Assembly: GCA_963779755.1 (NCBI GenBank)
Contig: CAVZZO010000001.1
Location: forward strand, 2,240,001-2,304,000
Direction: 5' to 3'
Length of the DNA: 64,000 bases
Source of the DNA: an uncultured Gemmatimonadales bacterium
GTDB lineage: Bacteria; Gemmatimonadota; Gemmatimonadetes; Gemmatimonadales; GWC2-71-9
The position numbers and the translations under genes are program-made. Under the pieces are notes generated by a model. The model had not been told where the DNA came from. It saw only the letters and a list, made by a program, of their open reading frames with translations, and did no database searches. This document shows positions 29,072-40,015 of this stretch, one piece after another (the stretch's first letter is position 1; each line of letters begins with the position of its first letter).

Positions 29072-29551
29072 ATGCTCCACATCGCGCTGCTCGAGCCGCA
29101 GATCCCGCCCAACACCGGCAATATCGCCCGTCTCGCCGCCGCGACCGGTGCCAGCCTGCACCTGGTCGAACCGCTGGGCTTCTCACTGGACGAGGCGGAG
29201 TTGAAGCGGGCCGGGCTGGACTACTGGGATGCGGTCGATCTCTGGGTTCATCCGCACTGGCGCGGCTTCCGGGACGCCATGAGCCGGGAACGATGTCTCT
29301 ACTTCTCGGCGCACGGCCGGAAGAACTTCTGGCGCGCGCCCTACCGGGCGAACAGCTGCCTGGTGTTCGGCAGCGAAACCCAGGGCATGCCGGCCCGGAT
29401 CCTGGAGAAGTATCCCGAGCGGTGCTATCGCATTCCGATGAGCGGGCCGGTCCGGAGCCTCAATCTGGCGACGGCGGTGGGTATCGTGCTGTACGAGGCG
29501 TTGCGGCAGACGGGCTTGGGGGAGGACCGGCCGGCCGCGGACCGGCCCTGA
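29072..29551 (+). CDS. trmL: tRNA (cytidine/uridine-34-2'-O)-methyltransferase
   Basis: PQIPPNTGNIAR, LKRAGLDYW, FGSETQG, RSLNLA. Confidence 0.95.
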   Translation: MLHIALLEPQIPPNTGNIARLAAATGASLHLVEPLGFSLDEAELKRAGLDYWDAVDLWVHPHWRGFRDAMSRERCLYFSAHGRKNFWRAPYRANSCLVFGSETQGMPARILEKYPERCYRIPMSGPVRSLNLATAVGIVLYEALRQTGLGEDRPAADRP

Positions 29552-29615
29552 TCCGGTGCGTGGCGAGCGCGGGCCACGGAGCCGAGGCTCCGTGGCCCTG
29601 GTCGTGCCCGCAGCC

Positions 29616-30041
29616 CTATTGCATTACGACGTAGACGGGGTTCCGCAGGGCGGCCGCCATGCGGGCGGCGGTGGTGAGGCTGCCGCGCAGGGCCTCGGCG
29701 CCCGGCTCCGCCGGGGAGACGACGGTGGCGTGGCGCAGCGCGGTGCCGCCCGCCGCGCAGGTCACCTTGATGTTCATGGGGGTGTAGATCCCCAGGGTGA
29801 GGGCGCCGACCAGCCCGTTGAGGAAGCTCTGTTGCGTCTCCACTTTCGCGACGCCGCTGGAACACTTCTCGGCGGCCTGCACTGTCTTCGGCGGGACCAG
29901 GCCATAGATCCAGGCGGAGGCGAAGGGCTGCTCCAGCGTCACGGTGGAGGGCGTGAGGCCCGTTTCCACGGTGGCATGGTAGCAGGCGGGCAGCAGGCAC
30001 AGGCCCGCGGCGGCGAGACCGAACGCGCGAAGCGAGGACAT
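29616..30041 (-). CDS. Bor/Iss family lipoprotein
   Basis: Lipobox LPAC-YHATV; WIYGLV...C..GVAKVETQQSFLNGLVGALTLGIYTP..IKVTC. Confidence 0.85.
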   Translation of the reverse strand: MSSLRAFGLAAAGLCLLPACYHATVETGLTPSTVTLEQPFASAWIYGLVPPKTVQAAEKCSSGVAKVETQQSFLNGLVGALTLGIYTPMNIKVTCAAGGTALRHATVVSPAEPGAEALRGSLTTAARMAAALRNPVYVVMQ

Positions 30042-30219
30042 GGGCGCACTCCTGGGATGGGGGATGGCGACCTTCTGCACCAAGGTTGCGTCGATCTGCG
30101 GGGCCCGCAAGCGCGGGCAAGTGGAAAGCGCCGCCCGATCCGGTTAGTTTCCGCGCGCCTGCCCTGGGGGCGGGCTTCACACTTCGCATCGCTCCTTCAG
30201 ACGCGAGAGAGCGTTCGCA

Positions 30220-31149
30220 ATGTTCAAGAAGATTACCGTCGTCGGCGCCGGGAACGTGGGCGCCACCGCGGCCCAGCGGCTGGCCGAGAAGAGCCTGGCC
30301 CGGACCGTGGTCATGCTGGACGTCCTCGAAGGCATTCCGCAGGGCAAGGGGCTGGATCAGTGGGAATCGGCCCCCATCGAAGGATTCGACACCCGGGTGG
30401 TTGGCAGCAACACCTACGACGATGCCGCCGGGTCGGAGCTGTTCATCGTGACCGCCGGCATCGCCCGCAAGCCGGGCATGAGCCGCGACGACCTGGTCAA
30501 GACCAACGTCGGCATCGTGAGCTCGGTGGCGGGGGAGATCAAGCGGGTCGCCCCGAAATCCATGGTCATCGTGGTCTCCAATCCGCTGGATGTGATGTGC
30601 CACGTCATGCGCCAGGCAACCGGCTTTCCCCGGGAGCGGGTGTTCGGCATGGCCGGGGTGCTCGACACCGCCCGGTACCGCTCCTTCCTGGCCGAGGCGC
30701 TGGACGTCTCGGTCGATGACATCCAGGCCATGGTACTGGGCGGCCACGGCGATACCATGGTGCCGCTGGTGTCGTATACGACGGTCTCCGGAATCCCGGT
30801 GCGCCAGCTGCTCAGGCCCGAGGCCCTCGATGCCATCGTCGACCGCACCCGAAAGGGCGGGGCGGAAATCGTCGGCTATCTCAAGACCGGCTCGGCCTAT
30901 TACGCGCCCAGCGCAGCCGCGGTGCAGATGGCGGAGGCGATCGTGCTCGACCGCAAACGGATCCTCCCGTGCTCGGCCTGGCTGCAGGGGGAGTACGGAC
31001 TGTCGGACGTCTATTGCGGGGTACCGTGCAAACTGGGCGCCGGCGGGCTGGAGCAGATCATCGAGGTCGAGCTGACCGATCCGGAGCGCCAGGCGCTGCA
31101 GCAGTCGGCGGCGGCGGTCCGCGAGACGGTCAAGGCGGCGGGGGTCTAG
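30220..31149 (+). CDS. mdh: Malate dehydrogenase (LDH-like)
   Basis: [41 protein letters not shown]. Confidence 0.97.
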   Translation: MFKKITVVGAGNVGATAAQRLAEKSLARTVVMLDVLEGIPQGKGLDQWESAPIEGFDTRVVGSNTYDDAAGSELFIVTAGIARKPGMSRDDLVKTNVGIVSSVAGEIKRVAPKSMVIVVSNPLDVMCHVMRQATGFPRERVFGMAGVLDTARYRSFLAEALDVSVDDIQAMVLGGHGDTMVPLVSYTTVSGIPVRQLLRPEALDAIVDRTRKGGAEIVGYLKTGSAYYAPSAAAVQMAEAIVLDRKRILPCSAWLQGEYGLSDVYCGVPCKLGAGGLEQIIEVELTDPERQALQQSAAAVRETVKAAGV

Positions 31150-31169
31150 GCGCGAACAGCGGAGCTGGC

Positions 31170-31838
31170 ATGGTCTCGTTCGGTTCGTTCTATCGTTCGA
31201 CGGTCGGCAAGAAGGTCATCATGGCGGTCACCGGGGTGATCCTGGTGGGGTTCATTATCGCCCATGTCGCCGCCAATCTGCAGGTCTTCTCCGGCAGTCC
31301 CGACAAGCTGGATGCCTACGCCCGGTTCCTCCGCAGTACGGGCGAGCTGCTCTGGGTGGCGCGGGCCATCCTGCTGGTGTCGGTCATCCTGCATATCGAT
31401 GCCGCCTGGAAGCTCACCCGGCGGAGCCACGCGGCCCGGCCGGTGGGCTACCAGCGAAAACGCCACGAAGCGGCCACCCTCGCCTCCCGCACCATGCGCT
31501 GGGGCGGGGTGCTGCTGCTGGCGTTTATCATCTACCACCTGCTGCATTTTACCTTCGGCGTTGCCCACCCGACCTGGCCCAATTTCAACCACACTACGGT
31601 CTACCGGAACATCATCATCGGGTTCCAGAACCCCTGGGTGGTGCTGTTCTATGAGGCGGGCCTGCTGGCGCTCGGGCTGCATCTCTACCACGGCATGCAG
31701 AGCATGCTGCTCTCTCTCGGCCTCACCAATCCGCGGTGGCTGGTTGTCTGGAAGCGGCTGGCGGTGACCGTCGCCGTCCTGGTGGCGGTCGGGTTCCTGG
31801 TCATTCCGCTCGCGGTCTATTTCGGGGTGGTGTCATGA
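31170..31838 (+). CDS. sdhC: Succinate dehydrogenase cytochrome b subunit
   Basis: STVGKK.IMAVTG, five TM helices with heme His residues; upstream of sdhA. Confidence 0.92.
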   Translation: MVSFGSFYRSTVGKKVIMAVTGVILVGFIIAHVAANLQVFSGSPDKLDAYARFLRSTGELLWVARAILLVSVILHIDAAWKLTRRSHAARPVGYQRKRHEAATLASRTMRWGGVLLLAFIIYHLLHFTFGVAHPTWPNFNHTTVYRNIIIGFQNPWVVLFYEAGLLALGLHLYHGMQSMLLSLGLTNPRWLVVWKRLAVTVAVLVAVGFLVIPLAVYFGVVS

Positions 31839-33748
31839 AGCTCGATCCACGGGTGCCGGCCGGTCCGCTGGAGCAGAAGTGGGACCAGCACCGCTTCCAG
31901 CTCAAGCTGGTGAATCCGGCCAACAAGCGGAAATACAACGTCATCATGGTGGGCAGCGGGCTGGCGGGCGCCTCGGCGGCGGCCAGCCTGGGCGAGCTGG
32001 GCTACAACGTGCAGTGCTTCTGCTTCCAGGACTCGCCCCGCCGGGCCCACAGCATCGCCGCGCAGGGCGGCATCAATGCGGCCAAGAATTACCAGAACGA
32101 CGGCGACAGTGTCTTCCGCCTGTTCTACGATACGGTCAAGGGGGGCGACTTCCGCAGCCGGGAAGCCAATGTCTACCGGCTGGCGCAGGTCAGCGTCAAC
32201 ATCATCGACCAGTGCGTGGCCCAGGGCGTGCCCTTCGCGCGGGAATACGGCGGATATCTCGCCAACCGTTCGTTCGGCGGGGCGCAGGTGTCGCGGACGT
32301 TCTATGCCCGGGGCCAGACCGGCCAGCAGCTTCTGCTGGGCGCCTATCAGGCGCTGGAACGGCAGATCGCCGACGGGAAGGTCACCATGTATCCGCGGAC
32401 CGAAATGCTCGATCTCATCGTGGTGGACGGCCACGCCCGCGGCATCGTGACCCGGAACCTGGTGACCGGGGCGGTCGAGGCGCACCTGGCCGACGCCGTG
32501 GTGCTGGGCACCGGCGGCTACGGCAACGTGTTCTATCTCTCCACCAACGCCAAAGGCAGCAACTGCACCGCCGCCTGGCGCGCCTACCGGCGGGGCGCCG
32601 CCTTCGCCAACCCCTGCTATACCCAGATCCACCCGACCTGCATTCCGGTGAAGGGGCACTACCAGTCGAAGCTCACCCTGATGAGCGAATCGCTCCGCAA
32701 CGATGGCCGCGTGTGGGTGCCGAAGCAGAAGGGCGACAAGCGTCCGCCCAACGACATCCCCGAGGCCGAGCGCGACTACTACCTGGAGCGGAAGTACCCC
32801 AGCTTCGGGAACCTGGCCCCCCGCGACATCGCGTCCCGCGCCGCCAAGGAAGTATGCGATGAAGGCCGGGGTGTGGGCGAGTTCGGGCACGGGGTCTATC
32901 TCGATTTTGCCGACGCCATCCGCCGGCTGGGGCGCCAGGCCATCGCGGAACGCTACGGCAACCTCTTCGAGATGTACGAGCGCATCACCGATGAGGATCC
33001 TTACCGGGTGCCGATGCGCATCTACCCGGCGGCCCATTACACCATGGGCGGGCTGTGGGTGGACTATGATCTCATGAGCACCATCCCGGGCCTCTTCGTG
33101 ATCGGCGAAGCGAACTTCTCCGATCACGGGGCCAACCGGCTGGGCGCCAGCGCGCTGATGCAGGGCCTGGCCGACGGCTACTTCGTGCTGCCCTATACCA
33201 TCGGAAACTACCTGGCGCAGACCAAGCCGGGGACGGTCGCGGCGGACCACCCCGCCGTGCGGGAGGCGGAGGAGGCGGTGGCCGAGCGGACCCGCCGCCT
33301 GCTGGCGATCAACGGGACGCGCACGGTCGATTCGATCCACCGGGAGCTGGGGAAGCTCATGTGGGACTACTGCGGCATGGCCCGCGACGAGGCGGGGCTG
33401 CACCATGCGCTGGAAGAGATTCCCAAGATCCGGCACGAGTTCTGGACCAATGTCCGGGTACTGGGGAAGGACGAGGAGCTCAACCAGTCGCTGGAGAAGG
33501 CCGGCCGGGTGTCCGATTTCCTGGAGCTGGCCGAGCTGATGTGCCGTGACGCGCTGCATCGCACGGAATCCTGCGGTGCGCATTTCCGGACTGAAAGCCA
33601 GACGCCCGACGGCGAAGCCCGGCGCGACGACGAACATTTCAGCTACGTCGCGGCCTGGGAGTACCAGGGAGACGACCGCCCGCCGGAGCTGCACCGGGAA
33701 CCGCTGGAATTCGAGCGGGTGCAGTTGAGCACGAGGAGCTACAAGTGA
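31835..33748 (+). CDS. sdhA: Succinate dehydrogenase/fumarate reductase flavoprotein
   Basis: [46 protein letters not shown]. Confidence 0.97.
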   Translation: MKLDPRVPAGPLEQKWDQHRFQLKLVNPANKRKYNVIMVGSGLAGASAAASLGELGYNVQCFCFQDSPRRAHSIAAQGGINAAKNYQNDGDSVFRLFYDTVKGGDFRSREANVYRLAQVSVNIIDQCVAQGVPFAREYGGYLANRSFGGAQVSRTFYARGQTGQQLLLGAYQALERQIADGKVTMYPRTEMLDLIVVDGHARGIVTRNLVTGAVEAHLADAVVLGTGGYGNVFYLSTNAKGSNCTAAWRAYRRGAAFANPCYTQIHPTCIPVKGHYQSKLTLMSESLRNDGRVWVPKQKGDKRPPNDIPEAERDYYLERKYPSFGNLAPRDIASRAAKEVCDEGRGVGEFGHGVYLDFADAIRRLGRQAIAERYGNLFEMYERITDEDPYRVPMRIYPAAHYTMGGLWVDYDLMSTIPGLFVIGEANFSDHGANRLGASALMQGLADGYFVLPYTIGNYLAQTKPGTVAADHPAVREAEEAVAERTRRLLAINGTRTVDSIHRELGKLMWDYCGMARDEAGLHHALEEIPKIRHEFWTNVRVLGKDEELNQSLEKAGRVSDFLELAELMCRDALHRTESCGAHFRTESQTPDGEARRDDEHFSYVAAWEYQGDDRPPELHREPLEFERVQLSTRSYK

Positions 33749-33776
33749 GGGACCAGGGACCAGGGACCAGGGACAG
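33749..33776 (+). repeat. (GGGACCA)3 GGGACAG array in the sdhA-sdhB spacer
   Basis: Begins immediately after the sdhA TGA. Confidence 0.92.
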
Positions 33777-33785
33777 AGGATACCG

Positions 33786-34559
33786 ATGAACCTTACGCTT
33801 TATGTCTGGCGCCAGCCCGGTCCCGAGGCTCCGGGGAAGCTGGTCAAATACGACGCCCGGGACATCAGCGATGAAATGAGCTTCCTGGAGATGCTCGACG
33901 TGGTCAACGAGGGGCTCATCGAGTCGGGCCAGGAGCCGATCGCGTTCGACAGCGACTGCCGCGAGGGCATCTGCGGCTCCTGCGGGCTCATGATCAACGG
34001 CATGGCGCACGGGCCGCTCCAGGGGACCGCCACCTGCCAGCTGCACATGCGCAGCTTCAAGGACGGCGACACCATCTATATCGAGCCCTGGCGGGCCCGG
34101 GCCTTTCCGGTCCTCAAGGACCTGGTGGTCGACCGGAGCGCGCTCGACCGGATCATCGCCTCCCGCGGCTACATCACCGCCCGCACCGGCAGCGCGCCCG
34201 ACGCCAACAGCATTCTGATCGGCAAGGACGATGTAGAGCGGGCCATGGACGCGGCAGCCTGCATCGGCTGCGGCGCCTGTGTCGCCGCCTGTCCCAACGC
34301 CTCCGCCATGCTCTTCACCGCCAGCAAGGTGACGCACCTGGGCCTGCTGCCCCAGGGACAACCGGAGCGGGCCCGGCGCGCCCTGGAGATGGTCGATCAG
34401 ATGGATGCCGAGGGCTTCGGCGGCTGCACCTGGTTCGGCGAGTGCCAGGAGGCGTGTCCCAAGGAGATCCGCATCGAAGTGATCTCCCGGATGTACCGCG
34501 ACTACCTGCGCTCCAGCGTCGGCAGCCGCGCCGATGCGGCGGTGGCCGGCGGGAGCTGA
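33786..34559 (+). CDS. sdhB: Succinate dehydrogenase iron-sulfur subunit
   Basis: [33 protein letters not shown]. Confidence 0.97.
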   Translation: MNLTLYVWRQPGPEAPGKLVKYDARDISDEMSFLEMLDVVNEGLIESGQEPIAFDSDCREGICGSCGLMINGMAHGPLQGTATCQLHMRSFKDGDTIYIEPWRARAFPVLKDLVVDRSALDRIIASRGYITARTGSAPDANSILIGKDDVERAMDAAACIGCGACVAACPNASAMLFTASKVTHLGLLPQGQPERARRALEMVDQMDAEGFGGCTWFGECQEACPKEIRIEVISRMYRDYLRSSVGSRADAAVAGGS

Positions 34560-34623
34560 CCGGCAATGCAAGCCGGCGCCCTCCGGACGTCTCCTCCCTA
34601 GACTCACCGTTCGGAGCATTCCG

Positions 34624-35856
34624 GTGCGCGGTTTCCTCGCTCTGCTGATCGGCGGTCTCCTGGGCCGCCCACTGGCGGCGCAGGCGGCCGCGCCCTGGCT
34701 GCGGCTGTCCGCCGGCGCCGTCCCCTCGCTGACGCGGGTGGACGGCGTTCCGGGCGGCGGCTCGCTCTCCGAGTTCAAGGTGGTGCGGCCGGTGCTCCGG
34801 GCGCATGCCGGGCTCATGGGAGGGCATCTGCGGGTGCTGGGCACCTTCAATTTCGAAGGCTGGACCATGCCCCACGGGGAGCTGACGCCGGGCGGGTGGG
34901 GCGAAGGCTACATGGACCGGCGGCATCCCCATACCTATTTCCATGAGCTCATCGTCTCCCTGGTGGAGCCGGTGGGGCCGTGGCGCGCCTCGATCAGCGT
35001 GGGGAAGGGGTTCGCCCCCTTCGGCACCGACGATCCGATGAACCGGCCGCCGCTACGCTACCCGGTCAATCACCACTGGAGCCAGATCCTGGAGCGGGCG
35101 GTGGCCATCGCCGCCGTCGAGGCCGGGCCGGTCACCCTGGAGGGCGGCCTGTTCAACGGGGATGAGCCGGAGCACCCGGGCCAGTGGCCCCGGATCGGGC
35201 ACCGTTTCGGCGATTCCTGGTCGGCGCGGGTGCTGGTCCATCCGGTAGACGGGCTGGAGCTGCAGGGCTCGCGCGCGGTGGTGGCGTCGCCGGAAAACCG
35301 GCCCGGATTCGGCAGCACCCAGTACAAGTGGAGCGCCTCGGCGCGGTGGAGCCGGATGATCGGGGGCTCGCGGACCTACGCCATGATGGAGTGGGCGCGC
35401 AACTCGGAGCTGGAGGGGGTGTACGTGTTTCACACCTTTCTGGCCGAGGCCGCCTGGCAGGCGGGACGGCACCAGCCGTACTACCGCTTCGAGCGAACCG
35501 AACGCCCGGAGGAGGAGCGGCTGCTCAACCTCTATCGCTCCGTCCGGCCCCACCTGGAGAACTCGATTCTGGGACGGACCCGCTGGACCATTCACACCCT
35601 GGGCTACACCTATACGCTCCCGCTGCCCCGAGGGCTGCGGGCCGGCCCCTTCGCCGAGCTTTCTCATGCTCAGGTCCGGACTATCGACCAGGGGATCTTC
35701 AATCCCGCCCAGTTCTACGGCCGCTCGGACATCTGGGAACTGAGCGCGGGGGTGCGGTTGGCCTGGGGCATGCCGATGGCCCGGATGGGGCGCTACGGGG
35801 TGCTGGATGACGGGGCCGGAACGGAGCACACACGAGCGGTGAAGGAATCACGATGA
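34624..35856 (+). CDS. Hypothetical outer-membrane beta-barrel protein with His-rich motifs
   Basis: GTG start after GGAG; signal peptide ending AAQA; DRRHPHTYFHE, NHHWSQ; amphipathic strands. Confidence 0.72.
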   Translation: MRGFLALLIGGLLGRPLAAQAAAPWLRLSAGAVPSLTRVDGVPGGGSLSEFKVVRPVLRAHAGLMGGHLRVLGTFNFEGWTMPHGELTPGGWGEGYMDRRHPHTYFHELIVSLVEPVGPWRASISVGKGFAPFGTDDPMNRPPLRYPVNHHWSQILERAVAIAAVEAGPVTLEGGLFNGDEPEHPGQWPRIGHRFGDSWSARVLVHPVDGLELQGSRAVVASPENRPGFGSTQYKWSASARWSRMIGGSRTYAMMEWARNSELEGVYVFHTFLAEAAWQAGRHQPYYRFERTERPEEERLLNLYRSVRPHLENSILGRTRWTIHTLGYTYTLPLPRGLRAGPFAELSHAQVRTIDQGIFNPAQFYGRSDIWELSAGVRLAWGMPMARMGRYGVLDDGAGTEHTRAVKESR

Positions 35857-37025
35857 GCAATACACAGATCGGGCTGCTGGCCACGCTAGCGCTGGCCGCG
35901 GCCTGCGGCGGATCGAACCAGACCGGCCCGGGCACCCCGAATCCTCCCGCGGCAGACAGTTTCGTGGTGCTGGGCGGCGGGAACAACGTGCCGGAGCGCT
36001 ACAGCTCGGATCTCACGGTCCGTGGGGGCTACGCCTATACCGGCACCTGGGGCCACCGGGCCACGCCCGGGAACGCGGTCAAGGTGTGGAACGTGCAGGG
36101 CACCGACCCGGCGCTGGTGGATTCGATCATCACGCCATTCATCACTACCGTCAGCGATCTCGAGGTTTCCTCCGATGGCGCGGTGCTCATGTTCAGCACC
36201 GAAGGGGGAAGCGGCAACGGCCTCTATCTCTACGGCCTGGCCGACCCGGCGCATCCCACGTTCATCGCCAGCCGTCTGGTGAGCAGCGGGATCCACACCG
36301 CCAGCTTCGGCTACATCGGAGGGAAGCGCTACGCCTTTGCCGCCCGCGACCCCACCGACCCGGCGCTCCTGATCTTCGCGATCGACGAGACCCAGGCCAA
36401 CCCCATCGCGCTGCTGGACAGCGTGCCGGTGCCGGCCAACTACGGCATCCACGATACCTATGTCCGGGACGGCGTCTGTTTCGTCTTCGCCTGGAACACC
36501 GGGGTGATCATCTACGACGTGGGTAACGGGATCAGGGGCGGGTCGCCCGGCAACCCGGTGGAGATCAGCCGGCTCATTCCGTCGGCCAACAACGTGCCGG
36601 GCGGGCCCGCGGTGCATAACGGCTGGTGGTTCCACAACCCGGTGAGCGGCGAGCACCGTTACCTCTTCCTCGGCCAGGAGGGGCCCGGGACCGTGGGGAG
36701 TGCCTCGTCCGGCGATATCCACGTGCTGGACGTGTCGGATCTGGCCAACCCGCACGAGGTAGCGTTCTACCACCGCGAGCTGGCCGGCACCCACAATTTC
36801 TGGATGGACGAGCAGAAGCAGATTCTCTACGCGGCCTACTACAATGCCGGGGTCGTAGCGCTCGATGTTTCCGGCACCCTCAGCGGCGACCTGGCGCAGC
36901 GGGAGATCGGCCACATCGCCGAGGGCGGGCCGGGGAACACCTACACCTGGGGCGTCCAGCTGGACAACGGCGTGCTCTATGCGATCGATATGCTCAGCGG
37001 GCTGTGGAAGCTGGAACCGCTGTGA
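35853..37025 (+). CDS. Lipoprotein with LVIVD-type repeat beta-propeller
   Basis: Lipobox LAAAC; repeats GVIIYDV, IHVLDVSD..NP, YYNAGVVALDVS; His at blade starts. Confidence 0.82.
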   Translation: MSNTQIGLLATLALAAACGGSNQTGPGTPNPPAADSFVVLGGGNNVPERYSSDLTVRGGYAYTGTWGHRATPGNAVKVWNVQGTDPALVDSIITPFITTVSDLEVSSDGAVLMFSTEGGSGNGLYLYGLADPAHPTFIASRLVSSGIHTASFGYIGGKRYAFAARDPTDPALLIFAIDETQANPIALLDSVPVPANYGIHDTYVRDGVCFVFAWNTGVIIYDVGNGIRGGSPGNPVEISRLIPSANNVPGGPAVHNGWWFHNPVSGEHRYLFLGQEGPGTVGSASSGDIHVLDVSDLANPHEVAFYHRELAGTHNFWMDEQKQILYAAYYNAGVVALDVSGTLSGDLAQREIGHIAEGGPGNTYTWGVQLDNGVLYAIDMLSGLWKLEPL

Positions 37026-37075
37026 GGCGTAAGGGGTAAGGCGTGAGACGTGTACCGCTTACCCCTTACCTCTTA
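37026..37075. repeat. Paired heptamer arrays GRSGTRA-like x4 and (ACCNCTT)3 filling a convergent intergenic gap
   Basis: GGCGTAA GGGGTAA GGCGTGA GACGTGT then ACCGCTT ACCCCTT ACCTCTT; the arms abut both stop codons. Confidence 0.88.
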
Positions 37076-39034
37076 CCTGCTCCAGGCATTGTTCCCGCGG
37101 TTCACATCGGGCAGCGCCGCGTCGGGATCAACCACCACCTGCCTCACCGCTCCCGGCACCGTCAGGCTGTAGCGCGTGCCGGCATACCAGACCTGCACCG
37201 GGAGGCGCAACCGCCGCGGCGCGCCGGCGTCCGGGGTCAGCTGGAGCAGGACCGGCATGACCAGGTCCCCGGTATTCCGCAGGACGATACGGGACGAAAC
37301 CCTGCCGCTGGAGTCGGTGCGCACCACTACGCTATCCACCGCCTGGTCGAGCACCCCGGTCCCGTAGAACCATCCCCGCCAGAACCAGCTCAGGTCCAGG
37401 CCCAGGCCGTCCTCCATGGTGCGGAAGAAGTCGGCGGGGGCCGGGTGTCTGAAGGCCCAGCGGCGGATGTACTCCCGGAACACCGGATCGAACCGTTCGG
37501 GGCCGGCGATGGTCTCGCGCAGGATGCGCAGGCCCAGGCCGGGCTTGTTGTAGGCCAGCTCGCGCAGGGTGCCGCGGATGCGGTCGGCCGGGGTCATGAT
37601 GGGCTGGGACAGCCCCTGCCGGACCGACTGGAGATAGTTGTCCGGGTTGGACCGGCGGGCGGCCAGTTCGGGAAAGACCCGGGTCTGGCTGTAGTAGTTG
37701 ATGAAGGTATTGAAGCCCTCGTCCATCCAGGGATAGAGCCGCTCGTTGCTCCCCACCATCATGGGGAACCAGGTGTGGCCGAACTCGTGGTCGGTGACGC
37801 TGTAGAGCAGGGCGGCGCTGGTGCGCTCGTGGCAGAAGACGATCATGGGATATTCCATGCCGTTTTCGATGCCGTTCACGTTGATCGCCACCGGATAGGG
37901 ATAGGGCACCAGCCGGCGCGAATAGAACGCGAGGGCGGTGCGGCCGAACTGGGTCGCCCGCGACCAGAGCGAATCGGCGCTGGGCGGATAGAAACTCATG
38001 ACCAGGGTGCGGCCCTGGTTCGCCCGGGCGGCATCCCAGATGAAATGCGGCGCCGCGGCCCAGGCAAAGTCGCGCACACTGTCGGCGGTGAAGTGCCAGG
38101 TGAGGGTGCCGCGGCCGTTGTGCGGGCGGGAGGTCGAATCGGCCAGTTCCTCCCGGCTGCGTACCACCACCGTGGTGTCGCTCAGGCGGGCGAGCGCCAG
38201 GCGGGCCCGCTCCACCGGCGTCAGCACCGTCTGCGGGTTCCGCAACACCCCGGTGGCGGCCACGATCATGCCGGCAGGCAAAGTGAGCCGCACATCGAAA
38301 CTGCCGTACTCGAGGTAGAACTCGCCCTGGCCCAGGTAGGGCTCGGTATTCCAGCCCCGGATATCGTCGTAGACAGCCAGGCGGGGATACCACTGGGCCA
38401 CTTCGTAGATGGTGGCCCCGTCCACCCGTTCGATTCCCATCCGGCTGCTGAGCCCGTCCTGGAAGGGGAACGACCAGACGAGCTCGAAGACGTAGCGGTG
38501 ACGCGGGGCCAGCGGCTGCGGCAGCTCCACCCGCATCATGGTGCCGTAGGCCTTCCAGGCCAGTGCCCGTGCTGCCTGGCGCCGCCGGTTGGTGGCGGGC
38601 GGCAGGGCGGGCTGGCGTACCGTGTCGATGGTGAATCCGCCGGCGGCGGCACCGCTGCCGTACCAGCCGGCCGGCCCGAAGAGGGCCGCGCCCCGGCTGG
38701 TGTCGGTGAACAGGTTCTGATCGAGCTGGAGCCAGAGATATCGCAGCGTATCGGGCGAATTGTTGCTGTAGGTAATGCGTTCCTGCCCGCTGAGCCGGTT
38801 GGCCTGTGTGTCCAGCGTCGCCTGGATGACGTAGTCCACCCGCTGCTGCCAGTAGGCGGCCCCGGGCATGCCGCTGCCGGTGCGGTAGCGGTTGGGGGCA
38901 GGGAGCGCCAGCGGGCGGAAGATCGAAGTGTCGCCCGCGGCGGCGGGCGGAGGCGGCGGGACCACCTGGGCGGCGAGGGTCGAGCAGAGTGCGCCCAGAA
39001 GGGCGCAGACGACGAGCAGGCGGTAGTTCGACAC
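37073..39034 (-). CDS. M1 family metallopeptidase (secreted)
   Basis: Signal peptide; GMEYP, HEFGH..., WMDEGFNTF, AYNKP. Confidence 0.93.
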   Translation of the reverse strand: MSNYRLLVVCALLGALCSTLAAQVVPPPPPAAAGDTSIFRPLALPAPNRYRTGSGMPGAAYWQQRVDYVIQATLDTQANRLSGQERITYSNNSPDTLRYLWLQLDQNLFTDTSRGAALFGPAGWYGSGAAAGGFTIDTVRQPALPPATNRRRQAARALAWKAYGTMMRVELPQPLAPRHRYVFELVWSFPFQDGLSSRMGIERVDGATIYEVAQWYPRLAVYDDIRGWNTEPYLGQGEFYLEYGSFDVRLTLPAGMIVAATGVLRNPQTVLTPVERARLALARLSDTTVVVRSREELADSTSRPHNGRGTLTWHFTADSVRDFAWAAAPHFIWDAARANQGRTLVMSFYPPSADSLWSRATQFGRTALAFYSRRLVPYPYPVAINVNGIENGMEYPMIVFCHERTSAALLYSVTDHEFGHTWFPMMVGSNERLYPWMDEGFNTFINYYSQTRVFPELAARRSNPDNYLQSVRQGLSQPIMTPADRIRGTLRELAYNKPGLGLRILRETIAGPERFDPVFREYIRRWAFRHPAPADFFRTMEDGLGLDLSWFWRGWFYGTGVLDQAVDSVVVRTDSSGRVSSRIVLRNTGDLVMPVLLQLTPDAGAPRRLRLPVQVWYAGTRYSLTVPGAVRQVVVDPDAALPDVNRGNNAWSR

Positions 39035-39145
39035 GGCGGGCTCCGGCAGGAATTCGCGGGGGGTGTGCTTCTAACGTAATCGTGCCTCTGGAGCCGGGGC
39101 ACCGGTCCATGTAGGCTTCTCGCCCATACCATATCCGGAGCCGTC

Positions 39146-39853
39146 ATGTCCCGTTCGCTCGCCGCCGCCCTGCTGCTGGCCCTTGCCCTGGTTCCGCCGC
39201 GCCTGGCCGCCCAGGCTCCCTCGCACCTCGAGATCAAATACGTCCGCGACAGCGAGGAGTATCCCACCCTGGTGCGCCAGGTGTACCGCTCCGCGGCGGC
39301 CGCGGTGGAGCAGGGCCGCCGCGCGCTCCACTCCGGAACGGTCTGGGCAGTGGTACTGGATATCGACGAGACCTCGCTGGACAATTCGGTCTACCAACTG
39401 GAACGGGCCGCCTACGGCCGGCCTTACGACGAAGCCTCATGGAATGTCTGGGTACGCCGCCGGGAGGCGCCGGCGGCCCCGGGCGTGGCCGGCTTCGTGA
39501 GCGCGGTCCGCTCGGCCGGCGGGCGGGTGGCGTGGATCTCCAACCGCAACGTGTCGGTCGGGGAGGCGACCCGGGCGAATCTGGAGCAGGTCGGCCTGTG
39601 GCGGGACGGCGACCTGCTCTGTCTCGCCACCGACAGCACCTATCCCAAGGCGCGCCGGCGCTCGGAGCTCCGATCGGGGGAAGGGGCCTGCGCCTGGGAC
39701 GGCACCCCTGCGACCGTGCTGGCGTACGTGGGCGATCAGCTGGGAGACTTCCCCGCGGCGGGCGAGGAGCCGGGGGTGAGCGACCGGGACAGCGCCTTCG
39801 GCCGGCGCTATTTCCTGCTGCCGGACCCGATGTATGGCGCGTGGACGAGATGA
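39146..39853 (+). CDS. HAD-family class C acid phosphatase / 5'-nucleotidase (e(P4)-like)
   Basis: LDIDETSLDNS, ISNR, GDQLGDF, LPDPMYGAW. Confidence 0.9.
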   Translation: MSRSLAAALLLALALVPPRLAAQAPSHLEIKYVRDSEEYPTLVRQVYRSAAAAVEQGRRALHSGTVWAVVLDIDETSLDNSVYQLERAAYGRPYDEASWNVWVRRREAPAAPGVAGFVSAVRSAGGRVAWISNRNVSVGEATRANLEQVGLWRDGDLLCLATDSTYPKARRRSELRSGEGACAWDGTPATVLAYVGDQLGDFPAAGEEPGVSDRDSAFGRRYFLLPDPMYGAWTR

Positions 39854-40015
39854 AGCAGGAGAGGTGAGAAGCAGGAGAAACGGGAACGGGGAAACGGGAA
39901 AAAGGGAGGCGCTTCTTCCCGCTTCCCTATTCCCATTTCCCCTGGCCTGCCCTGACGACTCACGTCTCCCTTCTCACGCCTTACGTCTCACGTCTTACTT
40001 CTAGGTTCTTACTTC
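39847..40015. repeat. Nested paired heptamer arrays between convergent genes
   Basis: Outer GAGRTGA-like arm and TYACKYC-like x8 (39960-40015); inner GGGAAAC-like (39882-39906) and NNTTCCC (39914-39941) arms. Confidence 0.88.

Noticed and set aside
29616..30041. Prophage remnant around the Bor-like gene
   Set aside because: Flanked by trmL and mdh, with no integrase, structural genes or compositional shift.
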